This document shows, piece by piece, positions 23,896 through 36,075 of a DNA stretch of 39,713 nt; position 1 is the stretch's first letter; every line of letters starts with the position of its first letter. Origin of the DNA: Reclinomonas americana ATCC 50394 (lineage: Eukaryota); assembly GCA_048213135.1 (NCBI GenBank), contig PS015314.1, forward strand, positions 32,515 through 72,227. Reading direction: 5' to 3'. The notes under the pieces were generated by a model, which was not told where the DNA came from, did not search any database, and worked only from the letters and a program-made list of their open reading frames with translations. The position numbers and the translations under genes were made by a program.

Positions 23896-24288
23896 AGGAG
23901 AAACGAGGAAGCGCGTTCGGATATATGAGAATGCATGCATGCACACAATCACTCTCTCTCTCTCTCACACACACACACTCACCTCCACGCGCTTCTTCTT
24001 CTTTGGCCTATTCAGCTCCTCCTCATCAACCTCCGCCTCCGCCTTTGCCTCCTCATCATCATCATCATCTTCCGCGGAAGGCGCGGGAAACCTCACCGCT
24101 TGTTGCTGCAGGAATGCAAATGGAGCATTCACAGAGGCCATTCCACGCACACGAAGAGGCGGAGAGCGAGAGCGAGAACGAGAGGAAGAGGAAGAGTGAG
24201 AAGACGCATCGTCGTCTTCTAATTCTTCGTCGTATTCACTCTCACTCTCGCTCTCGCTGTAGTGGTGGCGGTTGTTTCGATTGTGCAT
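18678..24288 (-). CDS. RING-B-box-coiled-coil (TRIM/RBCC-like) protein with FG-repeat region and C-terminal HMG box (~1210 aa)
   Basis: Phase-consistent GT-AG exons 24288-23983, 22978-22505, 22441-22341, 22278-22206, 22154-22084, 22023-21895, 21835-21760, 21473-21369, 21305-21206, 21141-21035, 20959-20818, 20756-18889, 18829-18752, 18686-18678. Features: NLS-like PKKKKRV; C3HC4 RING CMFC-x12-CLTPHPLCYGC-x20-CTCC; B-box-like CPLH-x7-D-x7-CEQC; helical segment; GFGFG repeats; IDRPLNPFLRF...HPDRPASVIVKLLGQAWKEMSDAEKATY*. A small gap lies in intron 1. Confidence 0.8.
19320..20520 (-). repeat. Coding FG-repeat array (GFGFGGAAAAAQPAQP-type units)
   Basis: Repeated ccaccaaa(g/t)ccaaaaccaggttgcgcaggttg units on +; about 30 FG dipeptides with A/Q/P/G spacers and almost no charged residues. 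Confidence 0.9.
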
Positions 24289-24574
24289 CTTGCTCTCTCT
24301 CTCTCACACACACACACTCTCACTCACACACACTCTCTGTGTTGAGTTTGCGTCGTGTGTGCGAAAATAGCAATTGATTGCATTGCACCAGGACTGTGAC
24401 GGAATTCCAAGTGTACTCTTGTTGCGTGCTGCACTATAACGAGTACACGTTGTGTTGCTCACAAAACACCGCTGCAAGCTGAGTGCGTGCGGAAGAGAAA
24501 TTCGAAATACTGGATCCGAACGTCGCGGTATCAATTTTTTGTGTGGTTGCTTGTTGTGTGGCGTGTTGCTGCGC

Positions 24575-24715
24575 GAATGCAAACGGAGCATTCACAGAGG
24601 CCATTCCACGCACACGAGGAGGCGGAGAGCGAGAGCAAGAGGAAGAGGGGAGAAGAGCGAGAAGAGTGAAAATCTTCCGTCGACGTCTTCTTCTTCGTAT
24701 TCTCTCGTGCTCTTG
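24575..24715 (-). pseudogene. Degenerate upstream duplicate of part of exon 1 of the RBCC-FG-HMG gene
   Basis: gaatgcaaacggagcattcacagaggccattccacgcacacgaggaggcggagagcgagagc matches 24112-24175 and encodes SRSPPPRVRGMASVNAPFAF; the upstream acidic segment is in another frame. Confidence 0.7.
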
Positions 24716-25091
24716 ATGCCTCTGCGTTCTCTGCAACTACTTGTACGTAGTGCACACTCCACAGTTACACTTCTGTCAAACGGGGTCGAAAGCTCGTTCG
24801 CAGTCGATCAACGTCGTCCGATATCAACGTCGACACGCTTCAACCGTGCAAGCTGCATCGACAAACTAACGATCACCTTGTTGTGAGAGGAGGAGTGCAT
24901 CTGCAGCAACGAACAGAGAAGAGAGAGAGGGAGACATTCATTGCATCTCGTGTCCTGCGACAACTTGTCTCATTCTGTTGCAGCATCCGTCATTCTCACA
25001 GCGCGCAAGTCAGTGTTGTTGTGTGTGTGAGAGAGTGGGACAAGAGTGTGAGAGAGTGTGAGAGAGTGAGTGTGTGTGTGTGAGAGGGGAG

Positions 25092-25549
25092 ATGAGCGAC
25101 ATGTCGACTGAGGGTGCAGCAAGTTCTGTGGAACAAGTGCGCGCCTTGTTGGAGCAGTGTGTGGCTGGCGATGATGATGGTGCGGGTGAAGTGATTGTGC
25201 ATGGTGGAGAAGGTGAGGAGAGAGAGGGAGAGAGTGAGAAGAGAGAGTGTGTGTGCGTGTGTGTGTGTGAGAGAGAGAGAGAGAGTGTGTGAGAGAGAGT
25301 GTGTGTGAGAGAGAGAGAGAGAAGCAACATCCTCTCATCGAGACAGGAGCAGATGCATTGTTGTCTTGTCTGATGCCTGAATCACGCTCTCCCTCTCTCT
25401 CCCACTGTCACACACGCACACACACACACATTCTCACTCACTCACTTACTCAATCACTCAATCACGCACGCTGATACATGCATTGACTCGCCTCAATCAC
25501 TCTTCCTGTTTCTTGCACACTCTCACACGCACTCACCCACCCACCCTCC

Positions 25550-25605
<56 letters not shown>

Positions 25606-25651
25606 GTCGTACGTACCGACGACGGTACGTACGTACGGTACGTACGACGAC

Positions 25652-25693
<42 letters not shown>

Positions 25694-26742
25694 AGANNNN
25701 NNNNNNNNNNNNNNNNNNNNNNNNNNNNNNNNNNNNNNNNNNNNNNNNNNNNNNNNNNNNNNNNNNNNNNNNNNNNNNNNNNNNNNNNNNNNNNNNNNNN
25801 NNNNNNNNNNNNNNNNNNNNNNNNNNNNNNNNNNNNNNNNNNNNNNNNNNNNNNNNNNNNNNNNNNNNNNNNNNNNNNNNNNNNNNNNNNNNNNNNNNNN
25901 NNNNNNNNNNNNNNNNNNNNNNNNNNNNNNNNNNNNNNNNNNNNNNNNNNNNNNNNNNNNNNNNNNNNNNNNNNNNNNNNNNNNNNNNNNNNNNNNNNNN
26001 NNNNNNNNNNNNNNNNNNNNNNNNNNNNNNNNNNNNNNNNNNNNNNNNNNNNNNNNNNNNNNNNNNNNNNNNNNNNNNNNNNNNNNNNNNNNNNNNNNNN
26101 NNNNNNNNNNNNNNNNNNNNNNNNNNNNNNNNNNNNNNNNNNNNNNNNNNNNNNNNNNNNNNNNNNNNNNNNNNNNNNNNNNNNNNNNNNNNNNNNNNNN
26201 NNNNNNNNNNNNNNNNNNNNNNNNNNNNNNNNNNNNNNNNNNNNNNNNNNNNNNNNNNNNNNNNNNNNNNNNNNNNNNNNNNNNNNNNNNNNNNNNNNNN
26301 NNNNNNNNNNNNNNNNNNNNNNNNNNNNNNNNNNNNNNNNNNNNNNNNNNNNNNNNNNNNNNNNNNNNNNNNNNNNNNNNNNNNNNNNNNNNNNNNNNNN
26401 NNNNNNNNNNNNNNNNNNNNNNNNNNNNNNNNNNNNNNNNNNNNNNNNNNNNNNNNNNNNNNNNNNNNNNNNNNNNNNNNNNNNNNNNNNNNNNNNNNNN
26501 NNNNNNNNNNNNNNNNNNNNNNNNNNNNNNNNNNNNNNNNNNNNNNNNNNNNNNNNNNNNNNNNNNNNNNNNNNNNNNNNNNNNNNNNNNNNNNNNNNNN
26601 NNNNNNNNNNNNNNNNNNNNNNNNNNNNNNNNNNNNNNNNNACTACCGACCGTACGTACGTACGTACTACGTACTACTACGTACTACTCCTCCTCTCTAC
26701 TCTCTCTCTTCTCTCTACCTCACACCACCCCACCTCCTCCTC

Positions 26743-26802
<60 letters not shown>

Positions 26803-28070
26803 CCACTCTCACACACATTCCACGTACACTGATGCATGAATTGACTTGCGCTTCCATCACTCTTCCTGTTTCTTCCCCACTCCCCTCCTTCTCTCTCTCT
26901 CTCTCTCTCTATCTATCTAACTATCTGTTCATGTCTCTGACAACTCTCCTTGTGCATCTCGATTTCCCAGGTGTTCCTGCGCCTGTTGTGGCCGCGCCGC
27001 AGCCGTGGGTGGATGTGACGGCGCAGATGCAGAGTGCGATTGCAGGTGGATATAAAAGAGACTTGTCTCTTGCAGGGCGTGCTTGTTCACAGTTTGTTTG
27101 TCTCCACCTTCTTTGTCTATCCTCTTGCGTCTCTCCGCTTATCTTGTGCTCGTCTCTTTCTCTTTCTTATCCTCCTTGTTCTTGTTCTCCTTCCTCTTCT
27201 TCTTATCCTTCTCCCCTTCTCTGTCCCCCATTCTCTCTCACTCTCTCCTTTCCCCTCCTCCCCCCTCCTCTCACCCCAGAGCTCAAAGTCGGCGAAATGG
27301 TGCACTCATCCGGCTTCACCCTGGCCGAAGCCATGACGGCCCTGGAGGTTGCGCACTCTTTTTCCTCTTCTCCCCCTTTCCTCTCTCTCACACCACCTCA
27401 CCGCAGCTCATGGACCCCAAGATGGACCCGGGCATGAACCGACCGCACGAAGCAGGCGTCAGTGACGCCGAGGCCGCCATGACCGCGGAGGAGGTGGTGG
27501 CCTTGGAGGCGTCGCTCACGCCGCACGAGATTTTGGTGGTGTTGGATGCGCTCATGGTAGAAGAGGTGCTGCGTTGTCGCTTCGCCCTCTGTGTGTGCAT
27601 CTCTCCTCTTTGCTGACGAAAGGGTGGATGCAGATCAAGTTTTTGGAGGGCTTTGCGCTGGCGCAGACCGTGTTCCAGTCGCACTTTACACGGCGTTGGG
27701 AGGCGCTGCGATCGCCCTTTTTGTGCGGCAACATTTTGTTCATGCTTCGTTGCTGCAGCGAGGCGCGTCGTGTGGTGGCGCTGGCGCGGGTGCATGAGGT
27801 GTGGTGGATGAATGAGAAGGGAGGAGAGGGAAAGCGCCAGACTCACTCTTTTGCAGGAGGAAGAATTTTGCCTCAACTACCCAACGTACAGCATGGCCGA
27901 CGATGTACCAGTGACAGAGCTGCTGGCTTGGCGACGAGGTGAGTCCCGTGGTGTGTCTGTTGACGGTCGTCGCCGCTCATGCATCGCGTGTGTGCACAGT
28001 CGTGTCGGAAGGAGTGCAGACGATCCTTTCATCCAGCACTGCATCAGGTGCGGAGTCCACGCAGCGTTCG

Positions 28071-28114
<44 letters not shown>

Positions 28115-28135
28115 TCTTCTTTCTTTCTTTCTTCT

Positions 28136-28204
<69 letters not shown>

Positions 28205-28369
28205 GTACGTACGTTACGTACGTACGTACGTCGTACGTCGTACGTCGTACTACCGTACCTACCNNNNNNNNNNNNNNNNNNNNTAGGTACGGTATCGACG
28301 ACGTACGTTCTCTACGCGTACTCGTACGTACGTACGGTCGGTCGGACGTACGTACCGTCGTACGTCGTC

Positions 28370-28418
<49 letters not shown>

Positions 28419-28446
28419 CTTTCTTTCTTTTCTTTTCTTTCTCCTA

Positions 28447-28483
<37 letters not shown>

Positions 28484-31400
28484 TCCTCTCTACCTTTCGT
28501 GTGTTCTGTTTTCTCTTTCTCTCTTCATGTCCCAGTCTGTCTGTTGTGTTGTGAATGCATCTGTCATTCTCTGTGTCAGCATCCATCTTTCCCTCTGTGT
28601 GAACGCCCGTGTTTCCCTCTCTGTGCGTCCCTTTTTCTTTCTGTGAATACGTCTCTGGCTCTGGCTCTCTTTCTTTCATTGTGCGCGTCACTTTTGCGCT
28701 CTCTCTCTCTCTCTCTCTCTTTTTCTCACTCTCTCTTGTGTCTGTCCTTCTCTCGCTGTGAGTTTCTCTCTCACACACCTCTCCCCCTTTTCCCTTTCCC
28801 CCTTCCCCTCTCACTTCCAGAGCAAGACAAGACCGCCGCCGCCGGCATTGAACTGCGCATTGTCTACCGATGCGCGCTGGCCGAGGGATTCGGATTGCTC
28901 GGTGCGCGGACACCCGAATACGAGGCTGCAAAGGAGTGCTTCCATCGCGGTATGTCTTGCAATGCTCTCACAACTCAGCGTCGCTGTGTTGTTCATTGTG
29001 CGCGTCGACGACAGCCGAATCGCTGCTGCAACGCATTCTGGACGCCTTCCCGTCTGAGCAGGAGCTTGAGAACGCCAAGGGCCGCGTACTGGCCTCTGCG
29101 CGTGGGCCATCAAGTATCGGACCGATTGCGCCGGCGGATGTGATTCTCTCACCGGTGCGCAGTTGATTGATTGTTTGAAGGGGAGGTATTTCGACGACGT
29201 GCTGACTTGTGATCACCCCAGACTCGCCGCACAGTGCTGGTGAACCATGTTCGCGATCTGGCGCGCATGTGTGACGTGTACCGCTGTGGCACCATGCGCG
29301 ACTGCTTTGCGTTCCTCGACACCTACTCAGCGTCGCAGCCGAGCATCGTCGCGCGCAGTTTGTTGAATGTTGCGTGAGGGGAAGAGATCGGGGAATCGAA
29401 TTGCTTGATGTGATTAAGGGTCAGAAGCATGCAACCTTTCTGCCACTTGAGGATTCCCGTTCATGTCCGTGTTCAGCAAGTCTCGCGCACGCATCATTCC
29501 TCACTCGGTTTCCCATCAATACCGTGCATTCTATGTCCCCTGTAGGTGTTTTTCTCGTTTCCACACTTTCTTATCTCGCTTCAATCCATCTTCTGAGGCG
29601 CTTGCACAATGCGTACTGCTCCTCATCCCTGCTCAGCGTAAACCCTTTAAGCTTTAGCTTCTCCAACTCTCTTGCTCCTCTGTTATTATTCCTATTCTTC
29701 TCCTCTTCTCCATCGCGCGCTCTCTCTTTCTCTCTCTCTCTAATCTCTCATTTCTCGTCATCTTCTCTCTCCTCTTCTCCCTCATCCTTCCTCACTCTCC
29801 TCACACCCTCCCTCCCCCACTCCCGTAGAACCTCTTCATGATCCACGACCTGGTCCTCGGCCTGCACACCCTCGGCGACATGCTCTTCACCATCCTCCCC
29901 CTGCCACGCGAGACGTGGGAGCGACCGGAGGCGGCGGACTGGTTGTACTTTTTCCGCCGCTTTTTCCGCGACTACGTCAAGGCCTACTGCTCCAATCGCG
30001 CGCTGCTGCGGCGTCGCATCGGCAACATCTTCCGCGAGTACGACAATCTCCAGTCGGCGAGCCTGGAGGTGGATCGTGTGGCGTTTGATGAGTTTGAGGA
30101 TGCAGCCAAGTTTCTGCAGGGCGAAGGAGTTGCGCGCGCGTGTGTATTATTTCTTTCTCGTGAGATATCTCACCAACTGCGACAGACCACCATGGAGAGA
30201 CCGATTTGTTCATTCTTCTTTACCGTCGATGTGGCCGCCACGCTCATGCAACAATACCTGTTCCTCGGGTTTGAGTTGGATCTGTACTCGGCCGAGGAGG
30301 TTCCATTCATTCTGTGGTTTGTCTCTCCCTTTCGCCCACAAGCACACATTTGCACCGTACTCTCTGTCGCCCTCTCTGTCCTCCCTTGACGCACAAGAAG
30401 ACATCGTACAACGATGTAACAGATGGTCGCACCTTGTGCGATCTCTTGCTCTCGTTGCCCTCTCTCTTGCTCTCGTTCTCCTCCCTCTTGCTCTCGGTGT
30501 CCTCCCCTTGCTCTCGGTGTCCTACCGCTTGCTCTCTTTGTCTTCCCTCTTGCTCTCGTTCTCCTCCCTCTTGCTATCGTTGTCCTCCCTCTTGCTCTCG
30601 TTCTCCTCCCTCTTGCCATCGTTGTCCTCTCTCTTGCTCTTGTACTCTCCCTCTTGCTCTCTTTGTCCTCCCTCTTGCTCTCGTCTCCTCTCTCTTGCTC
30701 TCGTTGTCCTCTCTCCTGCTCTTATTGTCTTCCCTGTTGCTCTCGGTGTTCTCTCTCTTGCTCTCTTCGCCTTTCTCTTGCTCTCGTTCTCCTCCCTCTT
30801 GCTCTCTTTGTCCTCCCTCTTGCTCTCGTTCTCCTCCTTCTTGCTTTCATTGTCTTCTCTTTTGCTCTTTTTGTCCTCCCTCTTGTTTTAGGTGTCCTTC
30901 CTCTTGCTCTCGTTCTCCCTTCTCTTGCTCTCTTCGTCCTCCCTCTTGCTCCTCTTGCTCCTGGCAGCTGATACTCACATCGTTGTTGTCCGTGCAGGTA
31001 CATTTCCTATGTAGCAGCGGTGCGCGGGCACTATTTCATCATGGCCGACCGCATCCTGCAAGCGTGGAGCACCAAACTCAAGGAGCTGGACGAGAGAGGT
31101 TTGTGTCGTGTGAGAGCTGATATCTCGTCCATATATTCACCGTCGACTTGCAGGCGTGCTGAACGCCAAGCACGGTCGCACTGGCGGCGGCAAGCAAAAG
31201 AAGAGCAAGGCCAAGAAGAAGAACAAGAGCGTGTTGGCGCAGCGGCTGGAGAAGCTGGAGCGGTTAACGGTGTTGTCGACCATGTTGCCGATTGAGGAGG
31301 TGGAGCGGACGACCGAGTTGGCCAGCGCATTGCAGCAGGTGTGGCGATGGAGAGGAAGAGGAGGGAAAGGGGAAGGAAGAGCGTTTGTCTGAACTCGTGC

Positions 31401-32265
31401 ATCTGCAGATGCTGCAAGGCATGTTTATTGCAAAGCAGTACAAGCTGCGCGAGTTTGCCTTTGGGAGCGACGAGCTGCGCTACATGCACCGACTGGACAA
31501 ATTTGCCGGCGTCAAGGTCCCCAATCTGTTGTCGTTTGACAATTATTTGAGCCGCGGTCCGTTGCAGCAGATCCCACCTGAGGCCACGGTGAGCTGACAG
31601 AGGGGAGGGGGGTTTGTGGCAGTGATGCTGGGTGGTGATTCTATCGGGAAAGGGTTCTCTCTCTGACTCTTGCATCTCTGCACGTGTACTCGCTCTTTGC
31701 TCGCTGAGTTGGATTTTATTCGCGTCTCTTGTGTACACTTGTCGCTGCTCACACATTGCCTTCATTCACATCGGGGTACTTCACGCCTCACCTACCTCAT
31801 GTTCATTGTTTTGCATGAATCGAACGCCTGTGTGCTTCTTGTATCCCACCCACTCTCTCCCTTTTCTCTTTTCCAACATCCTTCCCTAACTACCCCTTCC
31901 CCTGTTGTCGCGCAGGCCGCCGAGGCCTTCGCCAGAGCACAGGAGCGCTTCGAGCGCTGCAAGTCCTCCATCGAGCGCTGGGATGCACACACAAGAGCAG
32001 AGAGGCAGGTGTTGGAGGCGCGTGGCGAGTTGCGATTCACGCAGAAGCGGCTGGTGAATTCCCTGGCGTCGCTGAAGAAGGTGTGTGCTCATTTCTCGCA
32101 AGAGTGTGAAAGCTGATGACTGACGAGTCCCTGGTGCAGCTGGCGGAGCACTTGAGCGTCTCCACTCGCCTCTTTGACATGTTCCACCAGCGGAGCATTC
32201 CAGTGGGATACTCGTTCGACATGAGTGATGGCGGGCCGTTGCCGGCGCTCAACATTGAGAGATAA
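25092..32265 (+). CDS. NAA35: N-alpha-acetyltransferase 35, NatC auxiliary subunit (Mak10)
   Basis: Spliced exons from 25092-25212, 26971-27045, 27280-27347 onward give WVDVTAQMQSAIAELKVGEMVHSSGFTLAEAMTALELMDPKMDPGM, FLEGFALAQTVF, HEEEEF, PSIVARS, YCSNRALLRRRI, LFLGFELDLYSAEEVPFILWY; stop TAA at 32263-32265. These match the Mak10 family pattern. Confidence 0.92.
30445..30960 (+). repeat. Intronic minisatellite, ~21-bp unit (cctcttgctctcgttctcctc), >20 degenerate copies
   Basis: Directly visible periodicity inside a NAA35 intron. Confidence 0.88.
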
Positions 32266-32334
32266 TGCTATGAGGCCAGCAAAATTGATGCCAAATACAT
32301 ATATACACTTGTCTGCGCGCAAAAAATGTGCATG

Positions 32335-33689
32335 TTACCTGGCGTCGGGGGAGCGGTCGTGGGACGGCGCTGGCGGTCCCAGTTCCATGTCTGGATGCAA
32401 GTCGCGCAACTCGGCCCACAGACGAGCTGCGTGAGGGTGTTGTGTGAGCAAGTGTGTGTGGCGTAGCATGGCAGAGAACAGCGCACCTGCAAGCTCGTTC
32501 TCGGGCGCCTCGGTCGACACTTCGCTCTCGAACGGCGATGACACGAGCTGCAAACTAACAGTGAGGAGAGAGGGGTGGGTGAAGCGTGGAGCACGCCTGC
32601 AGTCGACCCACCTCGTCTGCCTCACTTCGAATGGGAGCAAAGTACTCGTGAGCCAGTGCCTGGTCGGCGGCGATGCGATGATTCGGGTGGAAGCGCAGCA
32701 GCTTTTGCATCAAGTCAATGGCTGCAAAAGTAGAGAAGTGAGTGCGGTGCGATGTGCGGTGAGGAGAGGGACGAGCTGACCTGCAGGAGGAGCGTCAGGG
32801 AAGAGACTCTTGAAACTGCGGCCGACGAATCGAGGCTGGATGATGGTGCTGAGATAACGCAGGGCCTGTGCATGGTGCGGTTCTCTTCAGCTTGGTGGGG
32901 AGGAGGAAGTGAGTGCGGCAATACGCACGTCGCCCGTGCACACGTCGGCCACCTCGTCTTGCTGCGGCGTGCCAATGACTTCAAAAATGCAGCGCAGTTG
33001 CGTCAAGGCTGCGCACAGAGATGTAAGTCTCAGACAGAGGGAATTCTTGAGGTGCAACGCAACGTGGTCCTTGCACTGGCTCGAAGAGCATCTTCTGCAA
33101 GTACATTTCTGCAAACACGCAGCCGATGCTCCACATGTCGAGTGAACGTGTGAGTCAAGGAGTTCCAGATGAGGAGGAGAGCGCGGGGACGAAGAGCTGA
33201 GGGTGAAGGATATTTGCATCGGAATAGTATGGACTCTCGAGAATGAGCTCCGGTGCTGTCGGCGGAGAGTCAGAGACTACAATGAGGGGAGAGCGAGCGG
33301 AAGGCAACGGCAAACCTCGATACGGTCGTGAGATGACGTACATGGTGAGAGTGGGGTCTTGGGCGCGACGGCGGTCGGAGCGAGCGAGGCCAAAGTCGCA
33401 AAGCTGACAGGGGGAGGAGGTGGGAAAAGGGATACAGGGAAAGATAGAACGAGGGCGAGAGAGAGAGAGAGAGAGAAGAGTGACACCAGACGCGAGCGAG
33501 AGGAAGAGAGACGGAAAAACAAAGTATACGCTCACCTTGGCACTGCCGTCGGAGCTGATGAGAATGTTGGCTGGTTTCCTGTGGCACTGCAGTGTGAGAT
33601 AGAATCCTGAGGCTCCGAACTTCCCTAATGCTCTCTCTTTCTCTTTGTCTACCTGTCTGTATGTCTGCCTGTGTGTCTGTCTGCCTGTG

Positions 33690-33732
<43 letters not shown>

Positions 33733-33755
33733 TTCTCTGTCTGTCTGTCTCTCTA

Positions 33756-33794
<39 letters not shown>

Positions 33795-35078
33795 GCCTGC
33801 CTGCCTGCCTACCTGTCTGTCTGCCTGTCTATCTGCCTGTCTATCTGCCTGTCTGTCTGTCTGTCTGTCTGTCTTTCTGTCTGTCTCTATGTCTCTCTGT
33901 CAGTCTGTCTATCTGGCTTGCTGGCTGACTGGCTGGCTGGCTGTCCGTATGTCTGTGTGTCTTTCTGTGAGTGTGTGTCTCTCTCTCTCTTTCTCTCTGT
34001 CTCTCTGTTTCTCTATCTGTCTGTCTGTCTGTCTGTCTGCCTGTCTGTCTGTCTGTGTGTCTCTCTCTCTCACACACACTCAAACTCTCTGTCTCTATTT
34101 GCCTGTCTCTCTGTCTTTCTATCAGTCTGTCTGTCCTGTCTCTCTGTCTGTCTGTCTGGCAATGGTCATCTTCTCACTGCTATTTTCACGTGAACGACGG
34201 ACGCAACAAATCACGGTGCAGCACATTGCAGGCATGCATGTAGTTGACGCCCTTGATGATGTCGTACAGCAGACGACGGCGCTCCTGCTCAGCGAGCGGT
34301 CTCTGACGCAGCAGGCTTGTCGCGCACACGCGAGATGAGCAGCAATGATAATGATAAAGTAATGCAGACAAGCAAGCGCACCGATGCAGATCGGTGCTGG
34401 CCCGATCAAACACAAAATACACGTCGCGGAAGCGCGAGAAGCGCGAGGAGTTGGGGAAGGCGTCACGCAGTCGCACCAGCTGCACTCTCACAAAAGTCAG
34501 CCGGGCGACAAACAATCGCGGCAAAGGCGCGCAACATTAGGATGACTGAGATGCCGCAACAGGATCAACTCCCTCGTAATCCTACAGCGATAGCACAGTG
34601 AATGAACTGTCCCACGCAAACGAGGCAAGAGGCAGGCCACCTCGCACCGTCTCAAATACGTTGCGCTGCGTCGCACCTCGGGGCACCTCTGCATCGCAAC
34701 GGTAAGCACCTGGTGATAGTGGTTGAGAAGGAGGCAGTGGGAGAGACCTTGATGGCCACCACCTCCTGCGTCTTGGCGTCGAGTGCCGACACCACAGAGC
34801 CGTACGTGCCCGTGCCCAGGTGGCCCTTGTCAAAGAGGCGGTAGCATGTGCGCACGATCCAGTCGCTGGCCACTGCGGTGCGACCGATCTGCGGGGGGAG
34901 GGAAAGGGAGGGAGGGAGGGGGGGAGAAGGGAAAAAGAGGGAGGGGAAGGGAAGGGGGGGGTGAGGAAGGGAAGAGAGAGACAGATGAGAGAGAATGGGC
35001 GAGGAGAAGCGAGACTGGGCAGAGAGCCTGCTTGGAGGCAGAGGTGACACAGCGAGGCTGACGGAGAGGCTCAAAGGC

Positions 35079-35114
<36 letters not shown>

Positions 35115-35490
35115 TCAAGAAAACCTGAGAGAAGCACGAGAGAGACTGAGGAAGAGGGAGACTGAAGAAGAGGGATGCTGAGGAAGAGGGACGCTGACAG
35201 CGAGGCTGACAAGCACAAAGAGGCAGCGAGAGAGTGAGATATACTGAGAGAAACGGAGGGAATGCACAAGAGACTGAGGAAAAACAAGAGAGAGCGAGAG
35301 CGACAGAGAGTGACTGAGAAAGAGGGGAGGCTGACTGAGAGGCTCATGAATGAGGCAAAGAGGCAGCGAGACTGTGCGAGACTGAGCGACACTGAGAGAA
35401 GCCAAGGAAGAGCGAAGGGAGAGAAAGAGAGACGGGAGGGAGAGGGAGGAGAGCAAGGATTTACTCTCCGTGTTATTCTGCCCGTCTGTG

Positions 35491-35521
<31 letters not shown>

Positions 35522-35910
35522 CATCTCTCTCAAACACGCACTCTCCCTTCTCTCTCAAACACACACTCTCCCTTCTTTCTCTTTCCCCTCCTCCTCCATC
35601 TCGCTTTCCATCCTCTCTCTTTCCATCTCTCTCTCCCTTCCACCTTCCCCCTTTCCTCCCTTCCCCCTCTACCTCTCCCCCTTTTCTCCCTCTCTCTCAC
35701 CTGCCTGGGCAACTGCATCGGCACCGTCACCCTCTGCACATGATACCCCTCATCGACCTCCACCTCCTCGCCTCCTCCACTCACACGCATCCCGCGCATC
35801 ATTCCCGCCAGCATTCCACTCGACGAGGAAGAAGCGGGCGCAGAGGATGATGATGAAGAAGAAGAGGCGCCTTCTCCACTGCTGCTCTCTTGGCCACCTC
35901 CTGCGCTCAT
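32335..35910 (-). CDS. Mitogen-activated protein kinase (CMGC), TMY activation motif
   Basis: Spliced product: LGTGTYGSVVSA...VAIKRCPEVRRSATYLRRITRELILLRHLSHPN, TDLHR, HRDLKPANILI, LCDFGLAR, LTMYVISRPYRAPEL, YSDAIDMWSIGCVFAEM, IGTP, HPNHRIAADQALAHEYF. First exon 35910-35701; stop at 32335. Confidence 0.92.
33142..33213 (-). other. U12-type (minor spliceosome) AT-AC intron, 72 nt
   Basis: 5' ATATCCTT (33213-33206), branch site TCCTTGAC (33161-33154, A about 13 nt from the end), 3' terminal CAC. Removal restores YSDA-I-DMWS; retention hits an in-frame stop, and no AG lies near the acceptor. Confidence 0.93.
33630..34160. repeat. (TCTG)n-type microsatellite filling a MAPK intron
   Basis: Visible ctgtctgtct tracts; source of spurious SVCL/TDRQ ORFs. 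Confidence 0.9.
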
Positions 35911-36075
35911 CACATACACAATGAAAGAAAACGTTGATTGATAGAAACCGAACACCAGACAGCGGACACAACATGCAAGGGAGAGGAAGAGGAGGATGGA
36001 GAAGAACAGAGACGGAGAGAGGAAGGAAGTCGACGAGAAAGAGAATGGGAATGATTCAGAGAGAGAGAGAGGATG

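Noticed and set aside
34640-34665. Alternative MAPK exon reading RNVFET
   Set aside because: It leaves the VAIK-to-RE spacing too short; the RCPEVRRSATYLR frame gives the canonical 16 residues and the right phase.
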